DNA from: Eledone cirrhosa
Lineage: Eukaryota
Length of the DNA: 64,000 nucleotides
Assembly (NCBI GenBank): GCA_964016885.1
Contig: OZ024750.1
Span: 46,748,001-46,812,000, forward strand
Direction: 5' to 3'
Shown here: positions 58,709 to 64,000 of the stretch, in pieces
How positions within the stretch are numbered: position 1 is the first letter of the stretch
Layout: each line of letters starts with the position of its first letter
Program-made: the position numbers and the translations under genes
The notes under the pieces: generated by a model
What the model was told of the DNA's origin: nothing
Databases searched by the model: none
Seen by the model: the letters and a program-made list of their open reading frames with translations, nothing else

Positions 58709-58844
58709 TATATATATATATATTCATTATTTAAGCAAAACAAGACCACCAATTTCACAAGAAAGACATTATTAAAAGATTGTCAACATATTTTAGTTTG
58801 ATGTAAGGAATGTAGAGAATAATAATAATAATATTAATAATAAT

Positions 58845-58955
58845 TGTTTCTACGTTAGGCACAAGGCCAGCAATTAGCCAGTGTATTACTACTACTTTAT
58901 TTTATTGACCCCGTAAGGATGAAAGGCAAAGTTAACCTCGACGGGATTTGAACTC
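58845..58955 (-). mobile_element. 5'-truncated Deu/Nin-type SINE with 15-bp TSD
   Basis: TSD aatattaataataat at 58830-58844 and 58956-58970. Confidence 0.8.
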
Positions 58956-59480
58956 AATATTAATAATAATAATGTCCGTTTATAATTGTTTCGCTACTCC
59001 ATATAATATTTCTGGATCAGATGAATATATATCATAATTGATCTGGTTCAGTTGAACATAATTAACATATTTAAAGAACAGCGCGACTCATCGGAACTTC
59101 AAAGGAATATAAATTAAAATAATGAGAGAATGTTACATAATATAATGTTCCATATATTGGTTTTTCACTATGGTGTCTTGGTTGCATCAGTTGTCTGCCA
59201 TAATCAAGCAGTATTCATCTGTCGAGGCTGCATTGTGTGAGATCTGCCTATTGGTAACAAGCCATCTTGTTACCCATAGGCAGATATCACACAATGCAGC
59301 CTCGACAGATGAATACTGCTTGATTTTGTTACCCATAGGCAGATCTCACACAATGCAGCCCCGACAGCTGAATACTGCTTGATTATGGCTGATAATTGAT
59401 GAAACCAAGACGCCATAGTGAAAAACCAATATATGGAACATTATATTATGTAACATTCTCTCATTATTTTAATTTATATA

Positions 59481-59666
59481 AGGGCGGTGGATTGGCAGTA
59501 TCGGTAGAGGGCTGGACGCCATGCTTTCCACCATAGTTACGTCCCTTTACGATCTGAGTTCAAATCCCGCCGAGGTTGACTTTGCCTTTCATCCTTACGA
59601 GGTCGATAAAATAAAGTACCAGTAAGCACTGCGTAATTGCTGACCTTGTGCCTAAAGTAGAAACAA
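59481..59666 (+). mobile_element. tRNA-derived SINE with Deu/Nin-like central domain, full length, ~17-bp TSD
   Basis: A-box-like ggattggcagtatcgg, B-box gagttcaaatccc and core gactttgcctttcatcc...gtcgataaaataaagtaccag. TSD attattttaatttatat at 59463-59479 and 59666-59682. Confidence 0.85.
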
Positions 59667-59691
59667 TTATTTTAATTTATATTCCTTTGAA

Positions 59692-59811
59692 GTTCCGATG
59701 AGCCGCTCTGTTCTTTAAATATGTTAATTATTTTCAACTGAACCAGATCAATTATGATATATAGTCATCTGATCCAGAAATATTATATGGAGTAGCGAAA
59801 CAATTGTAAAC
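59692..59811 (+). ncRNA. Hammerhead ribozyme with U4C core and long stem II (mirror in left arm)
   Basis: gtt-CCGATGA-gccgctc...gagtagc-GAAA-caattg-TA-aac, with palindromic stem III ACAATTGT. Confidence 0.62.
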
Positions 59812-60118
59812 GGACATTATTATTATTAATATTATTATTATTATTCTCTACATTCCTTACATCAAACTAAAATATGTTGACAATCTTTTAATAATGTCTT
59901 CCTTGTGAAATTTGTGGTCTTGTTTTGCTTAACTAATGAATATTTCCAGCTTTGCGCACCTAACTTCTGCATGAACCCAGCCACCTCGCTGCTTTCTACT
60001 GCATATTGCACATTGAGCACATGCCTTTACGCTTTGGCTTCTAACTAATTCACCAATCTCTCCTCTCATATCTCCTCTCCTATCTCCATCTCTCTCTTTA
60101 AGATTGGTTACTCTTGAA

Positions 60119-60173
<55 letters not shown>

Positions 60174-60784
60174 TTCATTTTCCTGAGTTCAGTCTTTTTC
60201 GTCGCTATGGTCACTGCGGCCAGTCTATCGGTCGCTGTCTTCAATTTGCAAAGCTGTCTAAACGTAATGTTATAACACTAGGGTTATATACCCTATTGAG
60301 TGCTTAGCTGCACACCAAGACTGCATTCGTTAGCTTGGCTGCATCCAGCGCTCTCGTTGATGCTGTATTAAATGTTATATATATATATATTGTGAAAGCT
60401 GAGTGGTTAGGGAATTGGATACGCAATCGGGAAGTTGTGACTGGGCGAAGTGCTTTGAACTTGAGCAAGCCACTTTATTTTACGTTGCTCCATCTGTCTG
60501 GAATTGGAACCGGTTAGTAATTGGATAGACCAATGGAAACATTGTATCTTTGGTCCGATTTGACGAGCTCAACCCCACTTGTGAAGTGAATAAGGTCTGG
60601 GAATTGTTGATCGATATTATTGATATGATGCATATGCTTTGCAGCATAGAGCTACGGCCCTTTACGATCTGAGTTCAAATCCCGGCGAGCTTAACTTTGC
60701 CTTTCATCCTTAAGGGTTTGCTAAAGTAAAGTACCAGTAATTCACTGGGGGTAAATGCAGGCCTTATGCCATAAGTAGAAACTA

Positions 60785-60820
<36 letters not shown>

Positions 60821-61161
60821 ACACCATATAGATTTCCGTGGGTACTTAGTACCTACTGGAAGATCTATATCATTTATCTGAATTCTCCTTAATGTTGAGA
60901 AAAAATGTTGTATCATGCTGCTATTTCTAGTCGGGCAGAAAGCGACACATCTACATCTACGTGGATTTATAACTGGTGGGTTTGGAAAAGCTATCTGAAG
61001 AACTATATCTTTCCATTGGAAATTCTCTGAATTTCCAATCTTTTGATTAGCAAAACCGTCGGTCATGGTACTAGAAGAGGTAAATATTTAAATCGTATGT
61101 TAATTCATTTAAAAGATTATTTAATGTTTACTTGTTCCGCTCATATATATATTTATGTATA

Positions 61162-61519
61162 AGATATTGTTATATTTGTGGAGGGTAATATTTGCGTAAT
61201 ATTGCCAGAATTAATAACAGAACACACTCACTGTTTGGTGGGTTTTCGCTTCTCGCTGTCTTTTATATCTGCGATCTAACTAACTCGGTCCTCAATGTTG
61301 CCATTGACTGACCGGCGGTCAAATCGGACCGAGGGAACAATGTTTCCGTTGGTCTTTCCAATTGCTAATACTATCTATCGGTCGCAACTCCAGGTAGAAG
61401 GAGCAACGTGAAATAAAGTGTCTTGCTCAAGTACATAACGCATCGCCTGGTCCAGGAATCGAACTCACAACCTTACGATTGCGAATACAATTCTCTAACC
61501 ACTCAGCCACACGCCTTCA

Positions 61520-61520
<1 letters not shown>
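61162..61520 (-). mobile_element. Chimera: family-2 SINE (61520-61318) fused to the last ~160 nt of the element D terminal repeat
   Basis: 61162-61323 matches 61626-61787, and 61318-61520 matches 30604-30806 in reverse. The junction shares TTTGAC. Confidence 0.75.
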
Positions 61521-61553
<33 letters not shown>

Positions 61554-62343
61554 TATATATAGATATATATATATATATAGTTTAGCGAGCTTTTTTATAT
61601 GAAATATGAAATCGTGTGTCGAAACAGATATTGTTATATTTGGGGAGGGTAATATTTGCGTAATATTGCCAGAATTAATAACAGAACACACTCACTGTTT
61701 GGTGGGTTTTCGCTTCTCGCTGTCTTTTATATCTGCGATCTAACTAACTCGGTCCTCAATGTTGCCATTGACTGACCGGCGGTCAAAAATAATACAGATA
61801 CAATATAGACACAAACACATATATATAGTTTACATAATTTACATAAATCTTTCGTTGCACATCTGCAACATCATCAGTGGTGTTATATTCATTGTTCCTC
61901 CTGTTGTGTTGTATGTCTACGCCATTTTTTATTCAGTCTGTCTATATATTTCTTTATTTATTTGCTTGTTTGTTTATCTTATTTTAGTTTGTCTTCTTTG
62001 CGCATGCGTTTGTGTCTGTGTATAGTGTTATGTGTGATGTGTGACTAGTGTGTATAGTGTTGTGTCTGCTGGGTGACTAGTGTGTGTTTATGTGCTTGTT
62101 GTTATTGTGCTTGTGTATGTATTTATTTATCTTATTCTATTTTATTTTATTTACTTATTTATACTTCTCTTAGGTCAGTGTTGTTTGTTTGGGTGTTGTT
62201 GTTGTTCCACTCATTCTTTCTGTTTAGCTTTGGTCTTCTGATTTCTATTTCACTGGCCTCTCTGATTTGCCTATCTGCTGGGTCATTCCTATGTTTAGAT
62301 ATTATTCTAATTTCTATGTTGTCTATGTTACCGTCATGTTGTT

Positions 62344-63495
62344 ATCGATATCAATATAGTTATAAGAACACCCCCACTAGATAGCACTAACAAGTTTGAT
62401 TTAGAACGTAGCACGATGGAAAGCATCCAGCAGATAGCTAATTCCATACACCAGAGTATAACTGTAACTATCGACTTCCCTTCCAAACACCCTAACAATA
62501 GACTACCTGTATTAGACACAGAACTCTGGATTAACACTATAGACGAGAGAGCCCAAATTCTCCACTCACACTATGCTAAACCCATGGCCTCCAAATACCT
62601 GATACTCAAAAACTCAGCAATGTCCAGTAGTGCTAAGTTTAATATTCTGATCGCAGATTTGGTACGAGTGATGAAGAATGTGTCCAGCATGTGCGACCCA
62701 ACTGAAATGGAAGGACACATCCAACACTTCATCAACCGCATGCAGTTCTCTGGCTACAACCAAAGAGACAGAGTCAGAGTATACGAAGGAGCCATGGAAA
62801 AGTATAAGACCCTCATAGAACTGGACATGAAAGGAATTTGCCCACTATACAGGAGCAAATCATGGAATAGCTTAGATAGGGCTAGACATAAGATAGGGAA
62901 GGCCACATCATGGTACGACAACCAGAGATATCAGAGTGTCATGTTTGTGGACGCCACCCCTGGAGGGAAATTAGCTAACCAGTGTAGAAAGGCCCTGAGA
63001 AAGACCCACTTAAAAATAAAGGTGGTAGAAAAGCCAGGAACCACCATAAAATCCCTGATCAGCAAAACCTACCCTTTTAAGAAAACCCACTGTACCAATA
63101 GGAAATGTATCATATGTAAGGTGAACCCCCGGATAAACTGTAAAACTAGAAACGTAGTCTATAGCATAAGATGTACAGAGGGTACTTGCAGAAACATGAC
63201 AACAACATACATAGGTGAGACAGCTCGTAGCATAGGTGAAAGGATAGACCAACACTGGGGGGAACTAAAAGGACGAAAAAACGGGTCAGTACTATACGAA
63301 CATGCTAGACAACAACATGACGGTAACATAGACAACATAGAAATTAGAATAATATCTAAACATAGGAATGACCCAGCAGATAGGCAAATCAGAGAGGCCA
63401 GTGAAATAGAAATTATAAGACCAAAGCTAAACAGAAAGAATGAGTGGAACAACAACAACACCCAAACAAACAACACTGACCTAAGAGAAGTATAA
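62344..63495 (+). CDS. C-terminal half of PLE RT plus GIY-YIG endonuclease (frame open from the truncation point)
   Basis: The ORF 62416-63495 stays open back to 62344 (IDINIVIRT..., probably cut at the YxDD motif). It contains LPVLD, SHYAKPMAS and NCKTRNVVYSIRC...YIGETARSIGERIDQH, and is clearly similar to the element C protein. Confidence 0.88.
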   Translation: MDINIVIRTPPLDSTNKFDLERSTMESIQQIANSIHQSITVTIDFPSKHPNNRLPVLDTELWINTIDERAQILHSHYAKPMASKYLILKNSAMSSSAKFNILIADLVRVMKNVSSMCDPTEMEGHIQHFINRMQFSGYNQRDRVRVYEGAMEKYKTLIELDMKGICPLYRSKSWNSLDRARHKIGKATSWYDNQRYQSVMFVDATPGGKLANQCRKALRKTHLKIKVVEKPGTTIKSLISKTYPFKKTHCTNRKCIICKVNPRINCKTRNVVYSIRCTEGTCRNMTTTYIGETARSIGERIDQHWGELKGRKNGSVLYEHARQQHDGNIDNIEIRIISKHRNDPADRQIREASEIEIIRPKLNRKNEWNNNNTQTNNTDLREV

Positions 63496-63770
63496 ATAAG
63501 TAAATAAAATAAAATAGAATAAGATAAATAAATACATACACACGCACAATAACAACAGGCACATAAACACACACTAGTCACCCAGCAGACACAACACTAT
63601 ACACACTAGTCACACATCACACATAACACTATACACAGACGCAAACGCATGCGCAAAGAAGACAAAATAAAATAAGATAAACAAACAAGCAAATAAATAA
63701 AGAAATATATAGACAGACTGAATAAAAAATGGCGTAGACATACGACACAACAGGAGGAACAATGAATATA

Positions 63771-63813
63771 ACACCACTGACGATGTTGCAGATGTGCAAC
63801 GAAAGATTTATGT
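63771..63813 (+). ncRNA. Minimal hammerhead ribozyme of element D (mirror ~61841-61883)
   Basis: ca-CTGA(C/T)GA-t-gttgca(gatg)tgcaac-GAAA-gatt-TA-tg. Stem I is weak. Confidence 0.65.
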
Positions 63814-64000
63814 AAATTATGTAAACTATATATATGTGTTTGTGTCTATATTGTATCTGTATTATTTTTGACCGCCGGTCAGTCAATGGCAACATTGAGG
63901 ACCGAGTAAGTTAGATCGCAGCTATAAAAGACAGCGAGAAGCGAAAACCCACCAAACAGTGAGTGTGTTCTGTTATTAATTCTGGCAATATTACGCAAAT

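Larger units (their letters stand above)
58723..60122 (-). mobile_element. Large fold-back PLE terminal fragment with a SINE inserted in each arm
   Basis: Arms ~58723-59260 and ~59327-59942, with an internal ~58-bp duplication at the centre and a right tail of ~180 nt. HHR in both arms. (TA)n flanks. Confidence 0.78.
61580..64000 (+). mobile_element. Penelope-like element D (same lineage as C), 5'-truncated with long inverted arm; runs off the window end
   Basis: ~61650-62343 is the reverse complement of 63311-64000. Its tail (ttagc...gaaatcgtgtgt.gaaac) resembles that of element C. Confidence 0.92.

Noticed and set aside
60815-61066. 83-aa minus-strand ORF
   Set aside because: No recognisable domain or splice context.

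Overview
AT-rich animal genomic DNA saturated with (TA)n/(CA)n microsatellites. The SINE and microsatellite make-up suggests a coleoid cephalopod such as Octopus (inference). The only host-gene signal is one clean 162-nt minus-strand exon (20052-20213) of a non-NMDA ionotropic glutamate receptor, so most of the window is probably intron. That space is filled with retroelements. There are at least seven Penelope-like element (PLE) bodies with RT and/or GIY-YIG remnants, about a dozen short PLE terminal fragments or fold-back elements sitting in (TA)n tracts, an RLE-type non-LTR fragment, a 5'-inverted RTE LINE, RTE-derived bipartite non-autonomous elements and many tRNA-derived SINEs. The main hidden signal, folded by eye only, is a set of about 20 type-I hammerhead ribozyme (HHR) motifs from many unrelated PLE terminal-repeat families. 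Many have palindromic minimal stem III. There are recurrent core variants (compensated U3-A8, U4C, U4A), very long stem-II insertions and shared upstream promoter-like modules. Nearly all listed IY/YI/HT/CV-rich ORFs are microsatellite artefacts. There is a 200-N gap at 39817-40016.
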